From: Gonapodya sp. JEL0774
Taxonomy: Eukaryota
Direction: 5' to 3'
DNA length: 64,000 nt
Assembly: GCA_027604505.1 (NCBI GenBank)
Contig: JADIIX010000033.1
Span: 62,001 to 126,000, forward strand
Part shown: piece after piece, positions 1 through 11,954 of the stretch
How positions within the stretch are numbered: the stretch's first letter is position 1
Layout of the letters: the number at the start of each line of letters is the position of its first letter
Translations under genes and position numbers: made by a program
Notes under the pieces: generated by a model
Databases searched by the model: none
Told to the model about the DNA's origin: nothing
Seen by the model: only the letters and a program-made list of their open reading frames with translations

Positions 1-1242
1 TGGGCGAGCACCATTCCAACGTTTCCACCGGGTCCGCCTGGTGCGTCCCGGTCGAACCACTCGCATCTGCAGTATGATCACCAGACGAAGTAGTGGATTC
101 CCTTCCTACTGCGGCCCGCAATTGATCCATCTGTTGTCTCCAGAACTCTTGCCAATTGATGCGATGAGAGTTTGAGGGTGAACTTTCATCTGAACGGCAT
201 GCGTTTAGGAAGAGAGGAGACAAGTTCAAGAGTAGAAACATGGCGGTGGAGTGGGAATCGTTTGAAATGAGAACAGGCACGACGGAGAGAAACGTCCTGG
301 TCGAATCCGAAATTCGGTCTCCGGATACTTCTCGAACCCATCGCAAACCTAAACTACGAGTGTGGATCGAGTGGGACGTGCCACCCGTGCTGTCTCCACG
401 GTAGTGCACACCAACAAATCCGTATTCCATCCATCCCATCGTTCCCCAGCCAGTTTTCTCTGGTGCATTTTCTCGATGTCGGTTCATCTCCCAAAAACAT
501 ACCAACTCACCCACCTCGCTCTGGCCCAGGCTCCAGCACGTTTCTGCATCCCGGACAATAGTACGCCGCCCGCGTGGCCGTGTTGACGAAGCCCTTACCG
601 TCCACGTAGTGAGGGTACCCAGTGGGGACGTTCGGAGGAGGGCGGGAATCTTGAGCGGTAGTTTGAGAAATGAAAGAAATGGAGATGAGACGTTCACATC
701 GCCGCTACGGTTTGAGAAGTACATGTATGTGCGTTGGTATTACGCCAGCATCGCGACAGAAATGTTTGACACAGAAATCGCAACCCTGTGTGTACAGTTA
801 TGTATCATCCGATCGAGTCCGATCCTGGTGCCTGATACTCCCCACCAACGGAGCCCAGACCACAATCGTCCATATCATCATGTTGCCTAATGCGAGGCTG
901 CGATGGCCGTCGATGGAGAACAGTGTGTCGAACCCACCGATACACGAGCAACAGAGTACGATTCCGTTGAGGTGGCAGTGTTGGTGACCACACTCCTTGG
1001 TCGATTGGACCAAGGGAGCAGATGACGTTGATTGCGCCGTCATACTGAGGATGTGAGGCCTATGCTGGTCTGTGACAGGGCAGCGCACAAATGAGGTTTG
1101 TGTGCACGAACTTTACATACCCTATAAACCACACATTGCTTCCTTGTACCTTCTATTGTAATGAATAAAAACGTCTGAACCCACTCGATCTAGCGACAGA
1201 TTATTAATTCGTCATCTCCAGCTGTGACTCCCTTTCCCCCTT

Positions 1243-2922
1243 TCACCCCTTCACCACCGCCTCCCGACTCTCCCACCTCCCACCACCTCGTCGAATGCCC
1301 TCAACCTCCACTTTTCCCCCTCCCTCCCGTCCCTCTTCCACACGTTTCAGGTATGCTGCGATTTGTTCGTCAGGATGCGGACCCGCAGGTTGTTGGGGAA
1401 CTTGTTGTTGGGATGAGTGGGCTCGGGAGTAGGTGAAGATGGTGGAGCTGGACGAGGACGGGGTGGGAAGGCGATGTGGGGTGGGAGAGTGAATGGGCAG
1501 GGAGGAGTCGAGGGAATACTGAGGAACATGGTGGTGGCGTGTGTAAGAGGGGTGCGCGGAAACGAGGAATGGGGAAAGGGGAGAGGAGTAGGGATGGATT
1601 GATGGGCCAGAAACACTGGAATAGCGACAGGCACCAGACGCAAGGTCCCACGATTCCACAACACCAAAACACAAACTCCGAGCTTGCTTCACGACCCCGT
1701 CCCAATCACACCCACTCTATCCTGATAGTAATGCAACACAGAACAAATCAACTCACCATCCTCTCCCTTTCCCTCCACCTCTTAAAATCCCACACTAAGA
1801 AGCCCGCCACACCCACCACACAAGAAACTGAAATAATCACTCTGGTGCGATGGGAGATGAAAGGTGGAGGTGCCCAGGAAGGGTGGTCTTGCGGTTCGTC
1901 GTGATGGTGAGAGGAGTAGTCGTGGTGGGGAAAATCATCCCAGGTAGATGACTGGGAGTAAGAGCCAGAGTTTTCTCCGGCAGGTCGGTACCGCGTGCGG
2001 TGGGAGGTGCGGTACCCGTTGGCTCCCGCACCGGCCGGTCTTCGCGCAACATAGTCCCCGTTCCAGTTCACGCGCCAGTCCTGTACTTGGTCCACTTTCC
2101 TGCGCTTTTCGGGGTTACGTAGCATATCGTAGGCCGCGAGAACCCGCAGGAGGCGGTCCTTGTCCCTGTCTGCAGGGCGCTTGTGACGGTGGGACTGAGA
2201 GCCGGAGGAATGGGAAGTAGAGGCGTTGGAGAGGGAGGCGTGTTGGCGGTCGGGGTGGAGGGTGAAGAGGAGAGCACGATAGGCTGTTTGGGGTTCGGTT
2301 GTGGAAAATGGAGATGAAGTGGTTGAACCGGACACATCAATCCTACCATCTGAAATGCGCCCTCCCCTGGTTTTCAAAGAAAGTACAAGGATAGGCCACA
2401 CTTCCGTTGCATTCTGCAATCCGATCCTCTAAGTCGTCTCGCCCAATGAACATCCTGACACCGACGAGAAAAACCCTTGGCAATTTCCGCTTTCCTGCAA
2501 TATCTCCAAATCAATGCTAATGATGTGATCCTAAATTGTTCCGTCCGTCGAAGGCGAACCAAGCACACAAACAGCCTGGGCGCCAATCCATCCGACCTAG
2601 TCTTATCGGCATGTATTAGGCGCACTCGGTCTCTTGGCAGCGTACCTTTCTGAATATCGTCCATGGAGGCGTCCCTGGCAACTCCGAGTTCCCGATATGG
2701 ATCCAAGTTTCTGAAGGATGACTCAGCCGCTGCGTTGAATCTCTGAGCACGATTCGGGTGCGAGGAAGAAAAGTTTCTGCAACATCTTTTGGAAGCCGAG
2801 TAAGAAGGACGGGGAAGAGGTGAAGTGGGAAGGGAAATGCGAGCAAGCGCCGGAACAAGGAGGGGAAGCAGCAACGATTGCGAGTGCAGCAGCGGCGCGA
2901 GGGCAGAGAAAGATTGCGGCAT
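1243..2922 (-). CDS. DnaJ/J-domain protein with mitochondrial-type presequence and a C-terminal TM segment (spliced; 3' end uncertain)
   Basis: DPYRELGVARDASMDDIQK spliced to TAYRALLFTLHPDR (HPD motif) ... LAAYDMLRNPEKRRKVD; Arg/Ser-rich N-terminus; hydrophobic segment VIISVSCVVGVAGFLVW. Confidence 0.8.
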
Positions 2923-3390
2923 TGTCGCTCTCAGTGCGATGGCTGGTCGATGAGTTGGATCGTGCCGAGTTGTGGGAGTTCACCGATGCAATGTTGCTGA
3001 GGGTTGTGTTGTGGTGTCACTGATCGCACGATGACAATCTCTGGGAATTAGGCTACATACTTAGTAGTCTGTGCTTATAGATTTTGTTAGTTGAACCAAT
3101 TTATGACGGTCTTTTTCCCTGTTTGCCTCACACATTTTTGTGTTTGTAAATGCTGCCCCTGACAGTCCATGGCTTATTAGAGAACGTGAATGCGACTGTC
3201 TGGCTACATTCATTTAGAAAATTAATCTGGAGAGAGGCAACGTGCTCTTGGGTTCGATGTCGGATTCAGAGATTTGCTGGGGCCTTCGATTTCGGGAGTT
3301 CGCGGCCTCAAGGGCAGAGGGTGCAACGCGGCGATTTTCATTCAACTTGTTCAAGTCTAAACAACGCAGCTCCTCCACAAACCCACTGAA

Positions 3391-5852
3391 ATGAGCTCTG
3401 CAACGTTTCCCCAGATAATCATCGAGATCAACCTCCCCCAGATGGGGGCTGCAATCGTTCCAGCCGCTCATGAAGTGCGTGCTTCACCTTCGGCACCGAC
3501 CGAGTCCACATCTCCATCCCAGCCAGAGCAGCAATCGGATGGCGACGACTTCCCCATACCAGTTTGTGTAAAGGACCTTGCCCCCATCGCTAAAAAGAAG
3601 ATATCCAGCTCTGCGTGGGCTTATTATTCCACGGGCGCCAGTACGTTGAACCAAGGGGGATGGATGTCATCGGGAACTTCGTGAGGGGGAGGAAGCTGGG
3701 AAGCAAAAAGATCGCGAAGACCACATAAAGGAGACTGGTGGAGATGAAATAAGCGGATTCAGGGGTTGGTCTGGCTGCCTGGGTCTGGCCTTCTTTGGAG
3801 GTGCGATAACGGTTATCGCAACATCTCGTGACTCGTTATCGAACCTTCGCAGTCTATAAGTCGTATTTTTTGTCGACTATTGCGTCAAATATTGACTAGC
3901 TTTCACCGCTTCTACCGCCGCTTGTCTCATCTCACTTCGTACCCTCTGGTCAATAACAGTGGACGAAGAGACCATGAACAACAATGTCGAGTCATTCAGT
4001 CGCATTAGGATTAGGCCTAGAGTGCTCCGTGATGTGTCGAGCATAGATACTACTGTGAGACTCTCTTTCAGTGCTCTGTTTGATGTGTTTGATGCCCCTT
4101 AATCGATATCTCGATGTGCGCGATATCCAATCCAGGTCAAGCTTTTCGGGCACACCTACGCATCTCCTATCGGTATTTCTCCCACTGCCATGATGAAGGT
4201 ATTATACCCCCGTCTTTCCCTTTCAATCACCGCATTCCTCTATACTCACCTCTTCCTTGTCCCACCACCATAAACTCAAGCTTTGCCACCCCGACGGCGA
4301 ATCCGGCGTCGCTCGTGCCTGCGCATACCTGAACCAATCGCAAACTCTCTCGACATTCACCACCACGTCGCTCGAAGATGTCGCACAAGCAGTGAGAGAT
4401 ATGCCAGGGTACCCGTACGCCAAGGCGGCGAGGCTGCCCAACCTGTGGTTCCAGTTGTATGTGGTGGAAGACAGGGTGAGTAACCGGGAGGACAGGTGCG
4501 GTTGCAAACACCCGTGTCCACCAGCAGTGGTCGGCGCGTTCTGCGAACGTTCCGTCCCCTGGTGGCACGTGTGTCGTGGAAACCGGCTCTGATCCTTCCG
4601 TCCCCATTGAAATATAATCTTGCTCAGTCCAAATCCGCCGAACTTGTCAAACGCGCCGATGCCGCTGGGTACTCGGCCATGGTCGTAACAGTCGACACAC
4701 CGAAGCTAGGAAGGAGATTACATACAATAAGGGAGCCTTTTGAACTACCGGTGGGTTTCTCGGGATGTTGGGACCAGCGTTTGGGTTGCAGTAGAGGTGG
4801 AAGAATAACATTGGTGTATTTGGCATTTGGTGTGGTGCAGAAAAACATGTCGCATGCCAATTTCGATAACTCGGCGAGGTGAGCATGACTCGCATCATTT
4901 GTCGGTATATTCTCGCCTATAATCATCTTCGTTTCACTGTGAACAATCCAATTTTGCTCTGCCGGGCTTTGGTACACCGACGCTAAGTCTCGCCAACATC
5001 AACACGGCAGTAGATGCGTCCGTCAATTGGAAACGGGACATCGGGTGGCTGAGAACGCTTACAAAATTGCCCATCGTGAGTGGTTGGACCCTGTCGGGGT
5101 TCTGGGAATGAGGTCAAGCAAGGATAAGGACCTGACACAACCTGTTTGGAAACAATGAAAGATTGTGAAGGGTGTCCTTACTGCAGAGGACGCAGAATTG
5201 GCCGTGGAGTGAGTAAATCCGGACTGCTCAAAGAATCAAGAGGGACCCTCACATCCTTGTCCTCTTTACAGAGCCGGTGTCGATGCTATCGACGTGTCAA
5301 ACCAGTAAGTTGCATATACTGCAAGTCTGACTTTGTCCACCACACATGTGTTGAATGCGATAAACCTGAAAAAATTTTGTAGTGGCGGCCGGCAATTGGA
5401 TTCGGTCCCCTCATCTTTGGAAGCGCTTCCTGAAATTGCGCGCGCCGTGAAGGGTCGCATCCCCATTATCTTAGGTAAGTCCTGTCCGAATGTGATTACG
5501 ACGCGTCCATGGCGCACTTTCGTTTCTAATATGTATCTTTCGATCAGACGGAGGCGTTCGCAAGGGCACCGACGTTTTCAAGGCGCTCGCATTAGGTGCA
5601 AACTACGTATGTGTGGGGAGACCGTCGTTGTATGCGTTGGCTTATGACGGCGAGGAGGGAGTCAAGACGATGTTGGGGTGAGTGTCTCCTGGTCGCGCAC
5701 AGAAGTTCATAAGTTCAGACACATACTTTGTCTTTTATGGTAGATTCCTCAACGACGAATTGAGACTAGCCATGACACTTGCAGGTACAACTGACATTAA
5801 GTCCATCACAAGAGCGTATGTGAGGGCAGCAGGGGAGTACTCGAAGCTTTAA
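3391..5852 (+). CDS. FMN-dependent alpha-hydroxy acid oxidase (glycolate oxidase-like), peroxisomal, copy A
   Basis: Multi-exon; [62 protein letters not shown]; ends EYSKL* (PTS1). Confidence 0.92.
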
Positions 5853-5974
5853 GGGAGAGAGATTAAGACTTTATTCGCTTGAAAGACATATGTACGTAGA
5901 TTACCTGCTTATAGAGGCGCAGCTAAAAGTAGTGAATGGTTGGTTCTTGAATTCGGAGAATCCCCATTGCTACT

Positions 5975-7124
5975 ATGCCCGACATTTCCAAATCCAGTGA
6001 TGCACTGCATTTCATCTTCGGATATGGATCGTACGTTCTACCATTTACCTATGCGTGCCATCATGTCAATAATGTATGTCACAACGTCTCCTCTGCCAGG
6101 CTGATATCAGCCACCTCTCGCGCCCTCTCTTCGATCCATCCTGAATCCACCATTGGATCACGAGCGTATCCAGTAAGAGTGCACTCGCTGAAACGCATGT
6201 GGACATGCAGGAATGCGGACACAGGTGACCAATCGGTTGGGGTCACAGAGACGAATCGTTGTGATGGGGAAACCTGCTCGTTTAAAGCACCGACACGTGT
6301 CGCTGGTGGTTCTGTATCAAGTCCTTGTGACTCATCCGTGAATGGAGTTTTGTATCCCCTTGTGGGAGGGGAGGAGGATCTCGCTCTGCTGGATGACAGA
6401 GAACGAAACTACAAACGACTGAGCGTTGACATTGCAGATGTGGAGGAGGTGGAAGCAGAAACCGAAGAGGACTCATATTTTATTCAGCTCCTGAGGAAAC
6501 GGAATCACTCAACCACGACGGGTACCCCAGTCAAGGTTTGGACATACGCAATCCAACGAGAAGACTGGACGTTTCCTGTCGACGGGGGTTTCGGGAACCC
6601 CATACCACAGTCATATGTTGGTGAGCAAACAACATGTGTGCAAAACTGAGTACTTGATGCCGACGTGTGTTCTATGTGTAGACATTATTCTTCTGGGCTG
6701 TCTTCAAATGCACGGGTGCAAGTTTGGTCTCGAATTCGTGTCCTCAACATGGCGATCGACTTACGAAGGACTTGCACAACATATTCTGGTGACTTTGAAT
6801 CGGAGGGTGGAGTGGCACATTCCCACACGATACGGCCACCTGGTGGCACCGCTGCCTCCTCCACTTCGTCTCATCAACGATCGACAATTTGTTCGTGATC
6901 CTCACTCTTCTTATAATGATCGACTTTTTCGCTTGCTGGACTCGATTGTGGACACTGCCCTCGCTCCCTATGGTGGACTTTCCAGAATGAGGGTGCCCGG
7001 GTGTACCCACCTTAGCGCCCCTCACTCCTCCTCTTACGAGGAGTATGTGACATGGAATATGGAAGATCCTTCTCCCTCTGATGTTGGCAAGTGGGAAGAC
7101 CAGCTCAGATTGTTGGATCTCTGA
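5975..7124 (+). CDS. Gamma-glutamylcyclotransferase/ChaC-like fold protein
   Basis: FIFGYGS spliced to LISATSR (FGYGSL motif), VNGVLY, LDDRERNYKR, PIPQSYV/DIILLGC. Confidence 0.7.
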
Positions 7125-7389
7125 TTGAAGGGAAGCGTGCGAACTAACGATAAAAGTCTATGTGGCAACGGTTCGTTGGCTCCGTCGGTACGTAGACTGC
7201 TCACAGTCCCCAGCATTGGCTTGCCACTCCGCGTATGTGAAGGCAGATTCTCTGCACAGTAGATGGGATGGCTGATTCGACAGTGATTGTTATTACTCGT
7301 ATGATGTACGACATCCCCAACCAACAACAGTTATAGTTCGTTTTAAAACATCTAGGAATCTCTATTACCCACTAGTGTGACAGATCCAT

Positions 7390-8567
7390 CTATTTCTCTA
7401 CTTCTGTGTCAAGATCCCTGCTCCTCTCCCGGAAGTACATGAACTTCCACCCTATGGGAATGAGCACTGTAGCAATAACAATCTTAACGGCATCACCTGT
7501 TCCATTGTGGAAAGGGAAAAGAAACAGCGGAAGCAATGAACATGCGAGTCTTAGCCTCATATATAGCACTCTCGCGAGTGAGAACGTACCCGGCAGGAAA
7601 GGGAGAACGCCTTTCGTGAAAGCAACGTTGGCGCTGTTTAGCTTGACGCCAAGCCATATCCCTCCAATGAGGTAGATAATAATATTTCCAAGAATCATCG
7701 TTGCAGCTGTGGTAATGAACCGCTTGTCGGCGCCGAATCGGCGGGAAAGCGAGCCCACGACACACCCAGCGATTGGGAAGGAAATCAAGAACCCGCATGT
7801 GGGGCCAGAAAATGTTGTCCAGCCGGATTTCTGTGCTGTAAAATGGGCAAAAGCAGGTTCGAGACAAGGCAGAACAGATGTATGGAAGAGGTGGAGAACA
7901 AGTGACTCACCAGCAAAGAATGGTGCGCCAGCGATACCAACCAGGTCATAAAAGAATGGAATGGCGAATCCCCAGATTGGACCCGCAAGGGAGCCAATGA
8001 ACAAAACGGCGAACGTCTGCATAGTTACGGGCACTGTTTTGTCGGTGTCCCAAGGCAGGTAGAAGGACATTTGTGCACACGCTGCGAGGAATAGAACCGA
8101 AATGATGCCAAGAAGCAATGGAACCGTATATTTGGCGTAAGGAACACGGTCGAGAACTTGACCGAGTACGGAAAAGTATGTAGGTTGGCTGATCCGCAGG
8201 TTTGATTTGAAATTCGAGAAAGAAATATCATTCATTGAACTTCACGAAGCAAGACTCACCGCTTGAGACGCATTCGCACAGCATCTCCTTCGGGGTTGAG
8301 CTCGGCATCGTCCGGAAGAGGTTGTCCATCCGATCCCAAGAGGCTGGCATTGTTAGGGTCTTCCACAAGTTCTGGAAAACACGACCACACGATCGTTATC
8401 AGGACGATTGGGGCGATACTTGAATGATTCTCACCTCGGTAGTTGGAAAAGATTCGATGGCGAAGCGACTGGACTGTGACCTTTCCTGACACAGCGAACG
8501 ACACAGGTTTTGATTTGAATTGGGGGAGGACTCGGATCCGACGGGTTCCAAGAAGTTCCAGCGACAT
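7390..8567 (-). CDS. bioY: BioY-family biotin transporter (ECF S-component type) with an N-terminal ubiquitin-like extension
   Basis: VPVTMQTFAVLFIGSLAGP, GAPFFA, GPTCGFLISFPIAG, GVLPFLPG/DAVKIVIA (DxxK) match BioY motifs; about 4 GT-AG introns. Confidence 0.88.
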
Positions 8568-8906
8568 TGTGATGATTGAATGGATAAGGTTGGTGGTGGG
8601 TCAGACAAGGATTAAATATTGCTGATGTCAAAGAATGGAAGAAGCGGGAAGGACGAATCGTCAGGTCCAGGAGCGTCTGCATTCCGATTCCGATGACGCG
8701 AGAAGGTATGTTCCTCAATAACAGTCCACTGAAATCATTCGCGCGTTACCAAAAAAAAAAAAAAACTGCGCTTCAACTCTCGAATTCATTCATCCATTTG
8801 TTCATTTGCATTGAACTCACCCTTCCCCAGCCTTTGCTCCGTCAACAGCAGCTTTGGATCCACTAAGTCGCTATCGTGCCCCGCCCTCACGTCATCTGCG
8901 TTCACC

Positions 8907-11301
8907 ATGACAAGAGTACAATTCACAGCAACAACCCTTCTAATTCACGTGAATGGCGTAATGTTATAATGACGCCATGTCATCTATTGCTTAATCTCTG
9001 AACGATACCTAAGTTTGGCAACAATTGTCACACGTATTTAATTGTACCCGGAACGTGCTGTGGAATCGTTGCGAGTTCGAGGAATTGCCCAATCCATGAA
9101 TAGTCTTCAACATTCTGTCGATCTTGGATGTGTACCGACCGTGCCGTGGCACTTCCCGTATCGCGCTCCACTCATGTAATACTTTGAAGAAACCACTATT
9201 GATTATGGTGATGTCTCTCCAGCAGCTCATCGAGCGGGAAGATCCCGGAAAGCGAATAATGATGTTCAAGGCGCTCTTTTTGGAACTGGATGTTTCAGGG
9301 TACGCATGCAATCCCGAATGCATCAAAAGTATGGTCGATCCGATCCCTCACCATCCATAACAGTGAAGGATATCTGGACAAGGATGAACTTCACAACTAC
9401 TTGGAGCGATTAAACTCGAAAGCCAGCAACCAACGACTTTCTCCGCATCTGGATAAGGTGTTGCGAAATGAGGTTGGTTGGACTCAAGTTATTTTGCATT
9501 ACCTCTTCCAATCACACTCCAACTTTGAACTTTGCCAGAAGCAAATTGCGTACCTAGCTCTGGAGCTTGCAAAGGCGATGGACACATCAGGAGACGGCAA
9601 GGTCACGTTCGACGAGTTCGAAGCGTTCGCCCTCCGAAAAGAACAGGAGCTGTATCAGATATTTGCGGATGCGGACGCCAATGGTGATGGATCTCTTAGC
9701 AAGGATGAAGTTTTCGTGGCCCTACATAAAGCAGGTGAGTGAACATGCAAATCATATCGCATAAGGAGTTCACTTTCGCTCACAATCTCTTTCAGGGTTG
9801 AATATCACAAAGGATGACGTTGACAAGTTCTATCATGTACTAGATCGGGACAGAAATGAAAAGCTAGATTTCTATGAGCTCAGAGGTAGTGTCCCTACTT
9901 GCGCTTTCTGGATATTGTGTTGTCGCTCGACTTACTGAAATGCCAGATGCATTCTTCTTTGACGCCGATGCGCCTGACTTTGGCTCACTGTACACTTTCT
10001 ACCAAAATGTGTACGATCCGACTGTCGTCATCGACGGCTTGCCCACCAACACTCCACCTACAAAGTCAAAAAGTCTGGCGGACCACGCTGGATTCTTCCT
10101 GGCAGGCGGAGTAGCTGGCGCGATATCACGGACTCTGACCGCGCCCATGGACCGGATTCGAACATTTTTCCAAACGTCTGCTCAACAACAGGGCAAGGGA
10201 TTGGGTGGACTTATTCGGGGCATCGCAGATGCAGGGTCAGTAATTTACGAGCAGGAGGGACTCAGAGGACTCTGGAGAGGTGAACCTTTGAAAGGCAATA
10301 GTGTCTGATGTCGAGATACCGACGTCATGACTCACCGCCCCTCCTTTCCTCGATTCTGCCTTCACTCTGTGACAGGCAACGCCATAAACGTCTTCAAGGT
10401 TGTACCTGAAAGCGCACTGACGTTCTGGGCGTTCGAGACTCTCAAAGATTCAATCGCTGCACTGGAGGACCGGAAAGATCCCTCATCGGTCGGGAAGTTC
10501 GTTGCCGGTGGTCTCAGCGGAATGTTCTCAATGGCCGTGGTTTATCCCATCGACACCATCAGAACTCGTCTCATGTGCCTCTCCGCTAACACACATGTGA
10601 AACCGACCGTAGCAACCGCATCGGATCAAGCGATTCCTCTTGGAGTCCCTGTTCACGCTCGCGGTTATGTCACCACAGCGGCCCCGAGAGAAGCGCCGAT
10701 TATCTCCGTCATCAAAGATTTGTGGAGAAGTGGAATTGGAAGCTTCTATCGTGGGGTGCTTATGTTGTTGGACCATATCCATGGGAGCTCCCGGTTGATG
10801 AATATTTGCTTCTGCAGATCGTTCCTGCCACAATCGGGATATTCCCTTATCAAGCAGTTAATCTTTTCACATTCGACTCCTCCAAGCAATTTTTCGTAGA
10901 CAGATTGGCTGCTTCCCAGGGCAAGAAGCATTCCGAAGTTCGACCTAACCCGGGTATTCTCCTGGGGTGCGGCGCCCTCTCTTCCACCGTCGGCTCCCTG
11001 TGTACGTATCCGTTGAACCTCATTAGAATTCGATTGCAGGCGGCGGGCTCGCCAGCACATCCACAGACTTACGACGGGATTGTTGATTGTGTCCGAAAAA
11101 CAGTGGGGAAAGATGGCTTGAAAGGACTTTATCGGGGACAATCGGTCGCTTTGAGTGAGTGCTGCCGTATCAACAATTCGGGTGGGAACGTTTCACATTG
11201 AATGCCAATTCCATGGTGCAATTATAGTGAAATCGATACCTTCCACAGCGTTATCGTATTATGTGTATGAGAGCACCAAAGCTTTCCTTGGCACCAAATG
11301 A
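8907..11301 (+). CDS. SAL1: Ca2+-binding mitochondrial carrier (SCaMC/Sal1-like ATP-Mg/Pi carrier); start exon uncertain
   Basis: EF-hands DTSGDGKVTFDEF and DANGDGSLSKDE; three carrier repeats PMDRIRT, PIDTIRTRL, PLNLIRIRLQ. Confidence 0.88.
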
Positions 11302-11954
11302 TATCTCCCTCACTTTTCGTATCATCGAGAGCTATTTAATAATGTATTTGAGTGACATATTTCCTCCTTTGTATCTCATTTCACCATCAACTGGAAGACG
11401 TGGAGATCCGAACGACGAATGTATGTTAACCATAGGATCGGATCCGTCTGAGTGACTGTCGAGGAGAGGACACCACCCGATAATTAGATGAACTTGTATC
11501 ACACTTGTGGCACGCCCCATTTGGAATTTTCCGGCATTCCCGAGCTTGGTTTTGTGATCATCCGTCAAATACAATGTTTCCAAAAAAAAAAAAAAAACTG
11601 CAGGGACTTCTCTTGCAGTCTCTCCCGTCTCCCTCTCATTTTTGGAGGTGCGCACCCGTGCGTTCGATGCACTCCCTCATGAGAGAGATGCTCCACCCTC
11701 TTCTTGGACACTCTGGACTGTCCCAAGCACAGACCACACATAAATTATGTTCATTGCCATATCTAGAGTACTGTCCTCCCTTTGGACGACCAGGAAAGGG
11801 ATATCACACAGTTGACGTCAATTATGTGTCAGTGTGGAGCGATGAATCGAAAAATTCATGATATGAGGTACGGGGGCCTGTCACTTGTTGTCATCCACTT
11901 CGTCGCTGTTGTGTTGAGAATGATTTATTATTGACATCTCTACAAGTGTCTCAC

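Noticed and set aside
1..1150. Short ORFs on both strands, including an open frame running off the left edge from an ATG at 241 (minus strand)
   Set aside because: No recognisable motif or convincing splice model
8751..11598. Two poly-A runs (about 8751-8765 and 11582-11598), both in the context cc(A)n-ctgc, flanking the carrier gene
   Set aside because: Similarity is limited to a homopolymer plus a few bases; no target-site duplication or element body
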